Source of the DNA: Candidatus Poribacteria bacterium
GTDB taxonomy: Bacteria; Poribacteria; WGA-4E; WGA-3G
Reading direction: 5' to 3'
Length of the DNA stretch: 64,000 nt
Assembly: GCA_965215265.1 (NCBI GenBank)
Contig: OZ244048.1
Coordinates: 2,624,001-2,688,000 of the forward strand
Shown: one piece after another, positions 20,198 to 30,297 of the stretch
Layout: every line of letters begins with the position of its first letter
Position numbering within the stretch: the first letter of the stretch is position 1
Position numbers and translations under genes: made by a program
Notes under the pieces: generated by a model
What the model was told of the DNA's origin: nothing
Databases searched by the model: none
The model's input: only the letters and a program-made list of their open reading frames with translations

Positions 20198-21295
20198 TTA
20201 TAGACTGTCCTCGGTTCCAAGTGTCATCCCCAATCCAGTTCGCTTGGGTACTTCAATAAAACCGTCCATGATCTTCTCGGGCGGAGAGATGAGGGATGCG
20301 CGCCAGTCTACTTCACCCCACGCGTATTCAAGAATAGCGAAATTTGGAACACTCGCCATGCACTGCACGCTGGCACTCGTTGCGACCGGCCCACTCGGAT
20401 TGTGTGGCGTTACCATGACGCTCCTTGCCTCAGCGAGAATCGCTATCTTTTTCAACCCTAATAGCCCGCCCACATGTTTAACATCGGGGAGGATGTAGTC
20501 AACATGTCCATGTCTAAGCAGGGCATCGAAACTGCTCACAGTGCGCAATTGTTCACCCGTCGCAATCGGCATAGAGGTAGATTGACTCACATGCGCGAGT
20601 GCATCCAAGTCGTTCAGTGGTACCGCATCTTCAATCCAAAAAAGGTGAAGGTCGTCCAATTCTTTAGCGGTTTGGATGATGAGCCCGGGGTTAAAACGGC
20701 TGTGGCAATCTACCATCAGATCTACATCTGCACCAATCGCGGCACGAATCGCGCGGATACGCTCAATGCCCAAACGGATGCAACGTGCAAGGCTGCTGCT
20801 TGAAAGGGTACGCACCGATACATCGTCAAACGGTGCGCATTTTATTGCAGTGAACCCTTCGCCGGCAGCCTGCTCTGCGTTTCGTGCGAAGCCGGATGGA
20901 CTTCTATCTACCGTCGCCCGGTTGATATTCGCGTAAAGACGAATCTTATCACGGCAACGTCCACCTAGCAATAGATACGCTGGTACATTTAGGGCCTTAC
21001 CGGCCAAATCCCATAGCGCTTGTTCAATCCCGCTAATTGCTGTATGATAAGCGTGCCCTTCATTATCACGGTAGAAACGTTGGCGAAATCTCTCCGTATA
21101 AAATACGTTCCAGCCAAGCAGCGCGGGGGTGAACGTTTCGATCAGGTGTGAGACACGCGTATCATCACTACCATGGGACGCTTCACCGATGCCAACTGTT
21201 CCATCATCAGCATGCACTTTGACGAAGAGCCAATCGCCACGGTGGTTTACCTGAACAATTTCGGTTTCTATGGCAGTAATTTTCAGTTCCTGCAT
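20198..21295 (-). CDS. Mandelate racemase/galactonate dehydratase-like enolase-superfamily enzyme
   Basis: EQALWDLAGK, YANIN, VDCH, WIED, ATGE and PHNP motifs. Confidence 0.9.
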   Translation of the reverse strand: MQELKITAIETEIVQVNHRGDWLFVKVHADDGTVGIGEASHGSDDTRVSHLIETFTPALLGWNVFYTERFRQRFYRDNEGHAYHTAISGIEQALWDLAGKALNVPAYLLLGGRCRDKIRLYANINRATVDRSPSGFARNAEQAAGEGFTAIKCAPFDDVSVRTLSSSSLARCIRLGIERIRAIRAAIGADVDLMVDCHSRFNPGLIIQTAKELDDLHLFWIEDAVPLNDLDALAHVSQSTSMPIATGEQLRTVSSFDALLRHGHVDYILPDVKHVGGLLGLKKIAILAEARSVMVTPHNPSGPVATSASVQCMASVPNFAILEYAWGEVDWRASLISPPEKIMDGFIEVPKRTGLGMTLGTEDSL

Positions 21296-21303
21296 CCGTT
21301 TTG

Positions 21304-21951
21304 CTATACCTCAGCCGCCCATTTCGCTGCTTGGGTAATTAGCTGCTGCATACCGGCCCGTTCAAAGGTGCCGGGACCATGTCCCAGCGTCGTGTAAAAG
21401 ACGCGTCCGGAACCGTAAGGTTTAACCCACGCCATCGGATGTGCCTTGCCGAACCATTCTGCTGAGGCTAACACATGGATGTGTGGATGGTGTGCGGAGA
21501 TATAGATTTCATCCTCCACATCAAAATCCGTTATACCTCGCGTTGTCGGATGATCCGTATCTTCAATATGAACGGTAAAGGTTGAACCGGGTGGATGCCA
21601 GTTTGAATGCCCGCCAATGAGGTCTACTGCCTGTCCACCTATCCACCAGGCAGTGCCGTGAATCCCGACGAGCCCTTTACCGCCGTGCACAAACTCAAAC
21701 AGCCCTGCTTCTTCGTCATCAGCAAGATCTGATACGCGTTCGACAGAACCGTCTGCTTGCCGCTCGGTACGCGTAAAACCGGTCCCAAAGACACATGCAT
21801 CGTAAGTACTCAACTCAGGAGAAGCTAAAATTGATTTATCGTCGGTTAACGTTGCTGAAAGTTCAGAATCCGCTGCGAGAAAGTCGTGAATCACTGTAGC
21901 GCTTGCATTAAAGCGATGATTTTCACCAGATAGCACGAGAATTTTTGACAT
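21304..21951 (-). CDS. ThuA domain-containing protein
   Basis: GKGLVGIH, HP..DEIY and GRVFYTTLGH motifs. Confidence 0.88.
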   Translation of the reverse strand: MSKILVLSGENHRFNASATVIHDFLAADSELSATLTDDKSILASPELSTYDACVFGTGFTRTERQADGSVERVSDLADDEEAGLFEFVHGGKGLVGIHGTAWWIGGQAVDLIGGHSNWHPPGSTFTVHIEDTDHPTTRGITDFDVEDEIYISAHHPHIHVLASAEWFGKAHPMAWVKPYGSGRVFYTTLGHGPGTFERAGMQQLITQAAKWAAEV

Positions 21952-22337
21952 GGTTGTCTCCTTTGGAACAGCACAATGGCGTTAGAAAGAAACAGGTCAT
22001 GTGGTAGGCGCGCTGTGACAATACGCGTTTACCAAATTACTTCAACGTAACAACTATTGTAAATCAAAATCAAAATTGTGTCAACCGTTTTTTTTCGTCA
22101 ATTCCCATCTACCGCTTTTTTTTCGTGAGTTGCCGGTAAGTGCGATGGAGCGTTCTCTGTGTGAAAAACCGTGTCAGCCACCTCGCAGAGCGGTATCTCC
22201 CTAACCCTTTTCTCACAAACCCTCTACAAAAAATTGGGGCAAATGAGGACGACAAAAATATTGCTCTGTTTTCTATAAGCTGCTATAATTGCTACAGAAA
22301 TCAAATCATAAAAAAAACTAAGACTTATCAATAAAGA

Positions 22338-23678
22338 GTGGTTATAATGCGTGAGATGAATTTGCCGGAACATTGGAAAACGATGCCGCTAGTGGAGTTA
22401 TATGAGTTACCAAGGGGATGGGTATGGAAGACGCTCCAAGAAGTCTGCTTAGCCCCGCAATACGGATGGACAACGAAGGCAAGTCCACACGGAACGGTTC
22501 AGCTGCTCAGAACAACCGATATCACCACAGGTCTTCTCAATTGGGACACGGTTCCATTCTGTTCAGAAGAACCTCCAGACAAGGAGAAGTATCTGCTAAA
22601 AACAGGGGACATTGTCATTTCACGGGCAGGATCTGTTGGCTATAGCCACTTGGTGAAAAATCCACCAGATGCAGTGTTTGCGTCATACTTGATTCGTTTC
22701 CGTCCTTTACCGATGGTTGATGCAGACTATCTTTCATTTTTCTTGCAAAGTTCGTTTTATTGGAATGCGATTTCAACGACAAAGATGGGGAGCACTCTCC
22801 CGGGCGTAAATGCGACAAAACTCAAGCGAGTGCCGGTTCCCCTCCCCCCACTGCCCGAACAACGCGCCATTGCCCACGTCTTACAGACGATCCAAGAAGC
22901 CAAAATCACGCGGCAACGCGAGATTGCATTAGCGCGTGAGCATAAAGCAGCGTTGATAGATTACCTCTTTTCACACGGCACGAAGGGTGAACCCCGCAAA
23001 CAGACAGAGATTGGGGAAATTCCGGAACGTTGGAAAACGATGCCGCTAGTGGAGTTATATGAGTTACCAAGGGGATGGGTGTGGAAGACGCTCCAAGAAG
23101 TCTGCTTAGCCCCGCAATACGGATGGACAACGAAGGCAAGTCCACACGGAACGGTTCATCTACTCAGAACAACCGATATTACCACAGGTCTTCTCAAGTG
23201 GGACACGGTTCCATTCTGTTCAGAAGAACCTCCAGACAAGGAGAAGTATCTGCTAAAAACAGGGGACATTGTCATTTCACGGGCAGGATCTGTTGGCTAT
23301 AGCCACTTGGTGAAAAATCCACCAGATGCAGTGTTTGCGTCATACTTGATTCGTTTCCGTCCTTTACCGATGATTGATGCAGACTATCTTTCATTTTTCT
23401 TGCAAAGTTCGTTTTATTGGAATACGATTTCAACCACAAAGATGGGGAGCACTCTCCCGGGCGTAAATGCGACAAAACTCAAGCGAATCCCGGTTCCTCT
23501 CCCTCCACTGCCCGAACAACGCACGATTGCACAGGTTTTTCAGGCAATTGAGGAAAAAATCGCAGCCCTTGAACAAGAAGTGATATATTTAGATGAGTTG
23601 TTCTACGCTATGCTGGAGGAACTGATGACAGGACAGAGGACTGCTTTGCCTTTACTTGAAAACGGCGTGATACAATGA
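22338..23678 (+). CDS. hsdS: Type I restriction-modification specificity subunit with two near-identical TRDs
   Basis: LPxxW, GDIVISRAG, PLPPLPEQ conserved regions and the KQTEIGEIPE linker. Confidence 0.92.
   Translation: MVIMREMNLPEHWKTMPLVELYELPRGWVWKTLQEVCLAPQYGWTTKASPHGTVQLLRTTDITTGLLNWDTVPFCSEEPPDKEKYLLKTGDIVISRAGSVGYSHLVKNPPDAVFASYLIRFRPLPMVDADYLSFFLQSSFYWNAISTTKMGSTLPGVNATKLKRVPVPLPPLPEQRAIAHVLQTIQEAKITRQREIALAREHKAALIDYLFSHGTKGEPRKQTEIGEIPERWKTMPLVELYELPRGWVWKTLQEVCLAPQYGWTTKASPHGTVHLLRTTDITTGLLKWDTVPFCSEEPPDKEKYLLKTGDIVISRAGSVGYSHLVKNPPDAVFASYLIRFRPLPMIDADYLSFFLQSSFYWNTISTTKMGSTLPGVNATKLKRIPVPLPPLPEQRTIAQVFQAIEEKIAALEQEVIYLDELFYAMLEELMTGQRTALPLLENGVIQ
22365..23530 (+). repeat. ~500-bp near-identical direct repeat (offset 657 bp) inside hsdS
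   Basis: 22365-~22873 versus 23022-~23530, with only scattered substitutions. Confidence 0.95.
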
Positions 23679-23738
23679 GCGAAATCCGCCGGGGCTGTCG
23701 ATGGAGAAGAGACAGGCAATAAATTGCACAACTACGTC

Positions 23739-24746
23739 CTATTTGCGCCACCAACTTTTTTTCCCTTGGTACGATGCAAGCAGTTTTGAAATTGCCTTGT
23801 CCTTTTTATTTAGATGTAATACTTGTTCACACGCTTGAATCACTTTTCGTTTTGCAATCTCTGTTTTTGTGGAAGAATAGATATGGTGATAACTTTGTGC
23901 GACAGCAGTATAGTACGCAGTGCTGTCTACCTCCTCTGGTACCTCGTCAGAAAGCGCTGCAAGACACCCGGTCGCCTCCTCCCAGAGTGCCGCCTTCGCG
24001 TAACAGATAACCTTGTGGAACAACGGCGCAGGTCGAGAATCATCCAGCCAATACGCTTGTTCATAACAGGTAATCGCTTCCGGGTAAGCGCCATTAGCAG
24101 CATGCAAGCGGGCGAGTTCCATATAGAAGGCGTACAAACCACTTTCCGCTATGCTGTAGAGTTCCGTGGCTGTATTGATGAGCCATCCTCGCTCCAATAA
24201 AAATTCAATAGCGGAATTAACTTCAGTATCGGTTATGCTGATATCGGTGAGAAGATGCTTAGCAACGGCCGCGTTCGGAAAAATCTTGGTGCGACTTTTC
24301 AGCAATGGATACGCTTGGACGGGTTTATCCATTGTTAACAACTTTATGCCTGTAGCGATACGGAACAAGGAGACGATGCGGTCGCTATTTTTACGGGACA
24401 TTTCATCGGCAACTTGCTCCTGATTCTCCAAGAAATGCTGATTGAGGGCAACCATCGCATTTCGGATATCGGTATTTTCTGGCGCGAGTTGATGTGCTGC
24501 TGCTAAAAACCTTTGTGCTTCTAGGAGTTCCCTCCACTCCCGATAGATAATTCCAATCCGAAAATTGGCAACTGCCAGCGTTGACCTTTCCTCATCAGTA
24601 GAGAGAATGCTATCGTAGGCTTGGATGGCCTCGGGGAGGTGTCCCTCATTTTCCAGCGTTTGAGCGTGAATAATTGCATTTTGCATAGCGCAAGGACTTT
24701 CCTTCTCAATCTGCTTCATAGAAACAACAGAGACTGGCTGCTTCAA
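23739..24746 (-). CDS. TPR-containing hypothetical protein
   Basis: Helical TPR-like units (EAIQAYD, EAITCYEQA). Confidence 0.75.
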   Translation of the reverse strand: MKQPVSVVSMKQIEKESPCAMQNAIIHAQTLENEGHLPEAIQAYDSILSTDEERSTLAVANFRIGIIYREWRELLEAQRFLAAAHQLAPENTDIRNAMVALNQHFLENQEQVADEMSRKNSDRIVSLFRIATGIKLLTMDKPVQAYPLLKSRTKIFPNAAVAKHLLTDISITDTEVNSAIEFLLERGWLINTATELYSIAESGLYAFYMELARLHAANGAYPEAITCYEQAYWLDDSRPAPLFHKVICYAKAALWEEATGCLAALSDEVPEEVDSTAYYTAVAQSYHHIYSSTKTEIAKRKVIQACEQVLHLNKKDKAISKLLASYQGKKSWWRK

Positions 24747-24773
24747 CCTTTGCCTTCTTTACCTTGACTCAGA

Positions 24774-24998
24774 TCAGCCTGCCGTTTGTGATTCTGGCTC
24801 AGATATCCATTCTTCGGTGGATTCAGAGAACGCCTCGGAAAGCTCTGTGGAAACAGTCTGCTCAAGCAGTTCAATGAGATCTCCCCGGAATTTAATCCAA
24901 TCTTTGCCACGCCGGGTGAACCGGTACCTATCATCAATTTCAACAAACATCGTATCATTAGGTTCAGACATAGACTCAAAATAGCGAGTGACGTTCAT
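24774..24998 (-). CDS. Small acidic hypothetical protein
   Basis: ATG with AAGGA RBS, co-oriented within the operon. Confidence 0.65.
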   Translation of the reverse strand: MNVTRYFESMSEPNDTMFVEIDDRYRFTRRGKDWIKFRGDLIELLEQTVSTELSEAFSESTEEWISEPESQTAG

Positions 24999-25085
24999 GG
25001 TTTTCCTTTCTTTTTACATTTCAACAAAAAATATGTAAGGACGGCTATTATCAAGCATCTGTGGTTCCGGTTTACGTAGGTATTG

Positions 25086-25784
25086 TTAGATAATCCATTC
25101 GTGCATTTCCCATCCGGAGGCGAGTGCTCGCTGGCGGAGGGTCCTTCCGGGATTTACAACCGCAGGATTTCCGACGCACTGCAACATCGGCAGATCAGCT
25201 TTACTATCGCTATATGCGTAACACTGTTCAAGCGAAATTCGGTTTGCGGTGGCGAAGGCGTGCATCGCTTCTGCTTTCTGTTCTCCGATAAGTGGCGGTG
25301 TTGTGAGTTCTCCTGTGAATAAGCCTGCCTGTTCGCACAGTTGTGGTGCTAAGACGCAGTCGACCTCTAGGTAGTCAGCAAGCGGCTGCATAATAAAGTC
25401 AAGGGAGCCGGTCACGAGGACTATGGCTGCGCCTTGGTTCTTATGTTCCTGAATTTGCTCTATCGCAGCCGGAAAGATTTTTTCATGAAGGTAGTCGTCA
25501 AACATCTCCGTACACAATGCCTTAACGTCCTCTGCATTCATATTTCGATAGTTACGATAGAAGACCTGGTTAAATCGTGGACGGCTTATCCGGTCTAAAA
25601 TCAGATAGTAAGCGATTTTAGGCAGGAAGCATGCCAACCACAAAGGTTTCAAAAAGAACGGAAGCGAAGCAGTACGCAACCATAAGTAGTAATGTACAAT
25701 CGTAGAATCCAGTAGTGTACCATCTACATCAAAGAATGCTACGGTTTCAGATGTTACGGCATCTGCCAAGCTTTTTGTATCCAC
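25086..25784 (-). CDS. HAD-IB family hydrolase (SerB-like)
   Basis: FFDVDGTL, VTGS and YSDSKADLPML motifs. Starts 2 bp after the upstream stop. Confidence 0.92.
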   Translation of the reverse strand: MDTKSLADAVTSETVAFFDVDGTLLDSTIVHYYLWLRTASLPFFLKPLWLACFLPKIAYYLILDRISRPRFNQVFYRNYRNMNAEDVKALCTEMFDDYLHEKIFPAAIEQIQEHKNQGAAIVLVTGSLDFIMQPLADYLEVDCVLAPQLCEQAGLFTGELTTPPLIGEQKAEAMHAFATANRISLEQCYAYSDSKADLPMLQCVGNPAVVNPGRTLRQRALASGWEMHEWII

Positions 25785-25786
25785 TA

Positions 25787-28700
25787 TTAGCTCCGTTTGG
25801 ATAGAGTTTCCGCGAGTTCCGCTACACGGTTTTGAGTCAATTCTAGGAAATCTTGGTATCTGTCAGGTTCCATCAGCACGTCTCCACTTTGCATATCGAA
25901 GGTGAGCGGTTCTCCGAACACGATACGGACAGGATGTTTTTTCGGGAAGTTTCTCCCTTTTGGAAGTGCATCATAAGTCCCTTCAATATACGCAGGTATA
26001 ATTGGGACATTAGGTCCATAAATTAACAGGCTGAGGATGCCGGGTTTGAAAGGTTGAAGGTTCCCATTAACGGAGCGGGTCCCCTCGGGGAATATAAGGA
26101 GTCCATTATTCTGTTCCATCACTTCATTCGCTATCCGCAAATCTTGGAGAAATTCTGTAAAATTGCCTTCGCGTTCTATCGGCAAGGCATTCAGGCAGTT
26201 TTGAGCGAACCACCCCTGCAGTCGGTTCGCGAACCAATAATCCCGCGCTGCGAGCGTCCAGAGTTGATATGCCTTTGGTCCTAAGGCGGTAATCACTGTG
26301 AGCGTATCTAAGTGGCTGGTATGATTCGGTGTAATAATGTAGGGTTGCCCATGCGGAATATGTTCCAATCCGTGACATTCTAGTGAAAAATAGTGCTTAT
26401 AGATGCTGCTGATGACAGCGCGGAAGGCGCGTGCGTACCACGGAGGCACCTGTCTAATTTCAGTAGCTGCAGCGTCACCATCAAAAACTGTTCTGTCAAC
26501 GCCTGGGTTTTCTGCTGTCGCTATTGCGTCAAAATTCTGTATCAATCCAACCACATCTCCAACCGTTTGCAAATTCGCGAGCATCGCATCCGGGATAGTT
26601 TGTCCAACCCTTCCTTCAAGAAGTAACAACAGATCCAGTTTCATGAGGGAATCAAGCCCAAGGTCAGTGTCTAAGCCGCTTTTCGGCAGAATTTGGTCTG
26701 CCGGCATACGCGCCAATCGGGCGAGCGGTAACAGGATCTCTTCTGGAATCTCTGAATGAGCTACGTTTTGCGTACGCGGTATCTGGTTGCTTTTTGGAGT
26801 CCTTTGTGCCTCTGCTGCGAGCTGTGCCTGAAGAACCGTTTTTACGCCTTGCCGATCGATTACGTTATCAGATGTTTTAGGTAGGCCGGTCTTCCAAAAA
26901 TGTATTTTGTGAAACTGTTGGTAACTCGGCAACTCCTTGGCCCTGGTCTGAAGATATTTCAGAATATCCGCTTCAGTTGTCGCATCTCCTTGCTGCATAT
27001 CATTGGTTCCTGCTAAGGGAGCGGGCACAACCACTGCGTGGATGGCTGTGTCTGTTCCATCGTTGTCAGGAATGCCAACGACACAGATTTCAGAGATGGC
27101 TGGATGATTGTGATAAAGCGCCTCTAATTCTATAGGATACACATTTTTTCCTGTCGTAGGCACAATAATGTCCTTACAGTGGCCGGTAATATAGAGGTAC
27201 CCCTCTGCATCCATGTATCCAAGGTCACCGGTATAGAGCCATCCATCGCGAAGAGTTTTGTCGGTGGCAGCGGGATTTTGATAGTACCCTTTCATTGTGC
27301 TCGGACCTTTGGCGATAATTTCACCAATTCCGTGACTGTCTGGATTTTCAATCCGGAGCTCTACCCCCTCTACCGCCGGGCCGACAGAGCCCCGTTTGCT
27401 CTTCAGATACGGATTAACGCTGAGTACCGGTGCGGTTTCTGTCATTCCATAACCTTGGTAGAGGGTAAGCCCTAATTTTTCGAATCCGTCGTAAACTGCA
27501 TCGGAAAGCGATGCGCCGCCGCTAACAAGTACACGAATGTCGCCCCCCATAATTGTTTTTGCCTTTTCGGCTAAGGGTTTGTCTACATTTTTATCTCGTG
27601 CGGCTTGCCGTTCAATGGTGTTTTGGAGCATCTGATAGAGACGCGGTACGCCGATAAACGCAGTGATTTTTGCCTCACGCATCGTCTTCAGAAGCGTTGT
27701 GGGCTTTAGTGCGTTGACATAGATGGCCGTTGTGCCACTGTAGAATGCCATTAGTAGACTGCACGAGAAACTCAAGGCATGATATAATGGAAGAGCAGAT
27801 AGGATGCGCTCGGTATCCGTCGGCGGGAGTGCTTTAGCGACGGCTCGAACGTTAGAGATAAAGCCGCCATGCGTCAACATCGCGCCTGTTGCATCCACCG
27901 TGGTACCCATTGTGAAGATAATGGAAGCAACGGTGTCCGGAGAAACCGTTACATTCGGAAAATCATGGGATGTCGTGCTTTGCAAGGCTGGAGTGCCTAA
28001 TTCTGCTAACATCTCATTGATATTTTGCAATCGCCTGTTCGTTTTTGTTAACGCATCACCGCGTAAGGCTAAAACGTTTTCGGATACCAAAATTGATTTC
28101 GCTTGTGTGAATTCAGCGATGGCTAGAATTTCTGGCACCGGGGTTTGCGCGTCAAGTGGAACAAGAGCGACACCGATTTGGACTGCAGCGAGATAAGCGA
28201 TGCACCACGCCGGCTGATTTTCTGAAACCAAAACCGCCCTATCGCCTTTTCGTAACCCGCTTTCCCATAATTGAAACGCGATGTGACGTGAACAAGTGTA
28301 GGTCTCCGCGTAAGTGTACTGTTCCCACTTCCCGTCTTTTAACATCTCGAGTGCGGTTTTATCCGGGATTCGCTGTGCCTGCATTTTTACCAGATCGACT
28401 ATGGTTTTGGGCGAAATGCAATCAATAGGATTTTCTGCATCTCCTTTTAGAGGCGAGGTGATTGTGCCAGATTCTGCTTTCCGTCCAGTAGATGCTTCTG
28501 CTTCATCTTCGGAATCTGCCATGCTCTGTTTTGACTCGGTGGCGCTACTGCTTTCGGATTCCTCCAATTTTAATACATGCCGCTTGATACCGGGGATATG
28601 AATTTCGTGAAAATACTGTTTCCAATGAATTTGAGAGACATCAAAGTTAAAGCGTTGCTGTTCAGCCGGTGAAAGAGTTTCGTAAAGCGCTTGCATCTTC

Positions 28701-30160
28701 CGTGTTTCAAATTCAAAATTGGTGCGGGTATATGGTGCGTAAATGCGGATGTAATGCAGCAATGCCTTAATGTTGCTCTGTTTCAGTACAAGTTTGCGGC
28801 GCCGGCGTTTTGCAGACCTTAGCGGTAGCCTCGCGAGTGCCTGAATTGCCAGATCCAGTAAACGCATACGCCCATCCAGCTTCCGTTGAAATTCTTCTAA
28901 ACTCGGGTATTGCCAGACAGGGACTTGAATCGGTTTTCCCCCATTTTTATCTGCATCGAGCATTGGATATTTTACAAAATAGTCGTAAGTTGCATCAACA
29001 ATACCACGAAAATAGAGCGGATTTTGTGTGCCTGTAGCGACATGATAGACTTCAATGTCGCCGTGTCGCGCGGTTGCTTCTGCAGCGGCCAAGATAGCAT
29101 TTACAACGAAATCAACTGGGATTATGTCCAAGATAATATCCGGATCTGCTGGAAAATCAGGAAGTCGTCCCTTGGCAAAACCGACGATAAGCGGCTCGGA
29201 CATCCGAAATTTACCGAGCCATCCTGCTACCGGTTCGGCAAAGCTACTCTCAATAATAGATGGGCGGATAATCGCAGTCGGGAGTTCGCCGCGCAATTCC
29301 ATAATCATCTGCTCAGCGAGGAATTTCATATAGGTATAAGTATCGTTCCATCCACGCGAGCGTGCATGACTAAGTCCTGCTTCAACCAAGCGCGCCTCAA
29401 GCCAGTCTGTTTGTGCTTTTTTGATAACCGCATCCGTTCTCTTACGGCTCCCCTGCGTATTCTGTTGCGCTTGCTGCTCAAATTGTGCAAGTCTTTCGGG
29501 GGTGTTTGCCTCAGCATGGATGGCGTCGCTTCGTGCAAGTAATGCGTCTATTTCCTCGGTGAGCGTCTGCGGAATCGCGTTTCCGGTCTTTTCGAGATGC
29601 TGTTGGGCGTAACGTTCATACGGCAGATGTAGGGTTTCGGGAACTGGACCGGGGTTATCGCCACAGACATAGGCTGTTGAAACATGCAAGAAGACAGCAT
29701 TCTGACATCCCTTTGCAAACGTTACAACGTGTTTGGCGGCAAGTGCATTGCCTCTCAGGGATTCATCAAACGGCGGATCAAATTGAACAAGCCCGGCGAT
29801 GTTAATAAAAATCTGCACTTCGTTCTGGAGCTGCTGGTATAGCTCATTGCTGAATCCGAGGTGTTCATCTGTTAATTCGCCCTCAACGGCGGTAATTTTT
29901 TGGCGTGCCCAATCGTCAAATTTGTCGCCGTGCCTACGGCGAAGGACGGCGAACACATCCGAAGTCAAAAGCTCATTATCTAAACGTTCCTGAGCAGAGG
30001 TCCGCTTTCCAGTGGAATCGGTTCTTCCGCGGATGAGCAGATAAATTTTTCCGACATCAGGCAGCGAAGTTAGAATTTTGGCAACCATGGGTTGACCTAA
30101 AAAGGCAGTCCCACCTGTAATGAGGAGAACCTTCCCACGAAAAAAATTGACTATTGACAT
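25787..30160 (-). CDS. ElbD-like multidomain enzyme: fatty acyl reductase + adenylation domain + ACP + PlsC acyltransferase
   Basis: LITGGTAFLG, HVSTAYV and YTYMK (FAR); GYGMTETAP and LYTGDLG (A domain); DLGLDSL (ACP); NHTSHLD and FPEGTRS (acyltransferase). Confidence 0.9.
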   Translation of the reverse strand: MSIVNFFRGKVLLITGGTAFLGQPMVAKILTSLPDVGKIYLLIRGRTDSTGKRTSAQERLDNELLTSDVFAVLRRRHGDKFDDWARQKITAVEGELTDEHLGFSNELYQQLQNEVQIFINIAGLVQFDPPFDESLRGNALAAKHVVTFAKGCQNAVFLHVSTAYVCGDNPGPVPETLHLPYERYAQQHLEKTGNAIPQTLTEEIDALLARSDAIHAEANTPERLAQFEQQAQQNTQGSRKRTDAVIKKAQTDWLEARLVEAGLSHARSRGWNDTYTYMKFLAEQMIMELRGELPTAIIRPSIIESSFAEPVAGWLGKFRMSEPLIVGFAKGRLPDFPADPDIILDIIPVDFVVNAILAAAEATARHGDIEVYHVATGTQNPLYFRGIVDATYDYFVKYPMLDADKNGGKPIQVPVWQYPSLEEFQRKLDGRMRLLDLAIQALARLPLRSAKRRRRKLVLKQSNIKALLHYIRIYAPYTRTNFEFETRKMQALYETLSPAEQQRFNFDVSQIHWKQYFHEIHIPGIKRHVLKLEESESSSATESKQSMADSEDEAEASTGRKAESGTITSPLKGDAENPIDCISPKTIVDLVKMQAQRIPDKTALEMLKDGKWEQYTYAETYTCSRHIAFQLWESGLRKGDRAVLVSENQPAWCIAYLAAVQIGVALVPLDAQTPVPEILAIAEFTQAKSILVSENVLALRGDALTKTNRRLQNINEMLAELGTPALQSTTSHDFPNVTVSPDTVASIIFTMGTTVDATGAMLTHGGFISNVRAVAKALPPTDTERILSALPLYHALSFSCSLLMAFYSGTTAIYVNALKPTTLLKTMREAKITAFIGVPRLYQMLQNTIERQAARDKNVDKPLAEKAKTIMGGDIRVLVSGGASLSDAVYDGFEKLGLTLYQGYGMTETAPVLSVNPYLKSKRGSVGPAVEGVELRIENPDSHGIGEIIAKGPSTMKGYYQNPAATDKTLRDGWLYTGDLGYMDAEGYLYITGHCKDIIVPTTGKNVYPIELEALYHNHPAISEICVVGIPDNDGTDTAIHAVVVPAPLAGTNDMQQGDATTEADILKYLQTRAKELPSYQQFHKIHFWKTGLPKTSDNVIDRQGVKTVLQAQLAAEAQRTPKSNQIPRTQNVAHSEIPEEILLPLARLARMPADQILPKSGLDTDLGLDSLMKLDLLLLLEGRVGQTIPDAMLANLQTVGDVVGLIQNFDAIATAENPGVDRTVFDGDAAATEIRQVPPWYARAFRAVISSIYKHYFSLECHGLEHIPHGQPYIITPNHTSHLDTLTVITALGPKAYQLWTLAARDYWFANRLQGWFAQNCLNALPIEREGNFTEFLQDLRIANEVMEQNNGLLIFPEGTRSVNGNLQPFKPGILSLLIYGPNVPIIPAYIEGTYDALPKGRNFPKKHPVRIVFGEPLTFDMQSGDVLMEPDRYQDFLELTQNRVAELAETLSKRS

Positions 30161-30297
30161 AATTTCCTTTTTATGTTACGATAGCTGCTTAGCACGTCAT
30201 AAAAACTGTGCATTGACAAATCGTGTTACAACAAACTTTAAATGTGCCTCTTGTTACGGATACTTTAACATATTTTCGATAAAAACTCAAGGGTTTA

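Noticed and set aside
22083-22125. Two ACCG(C)T8CGT copies upstream of hsdS
   Set aside because: Short and homopolymer-dominated; cannot support a regulatory call.
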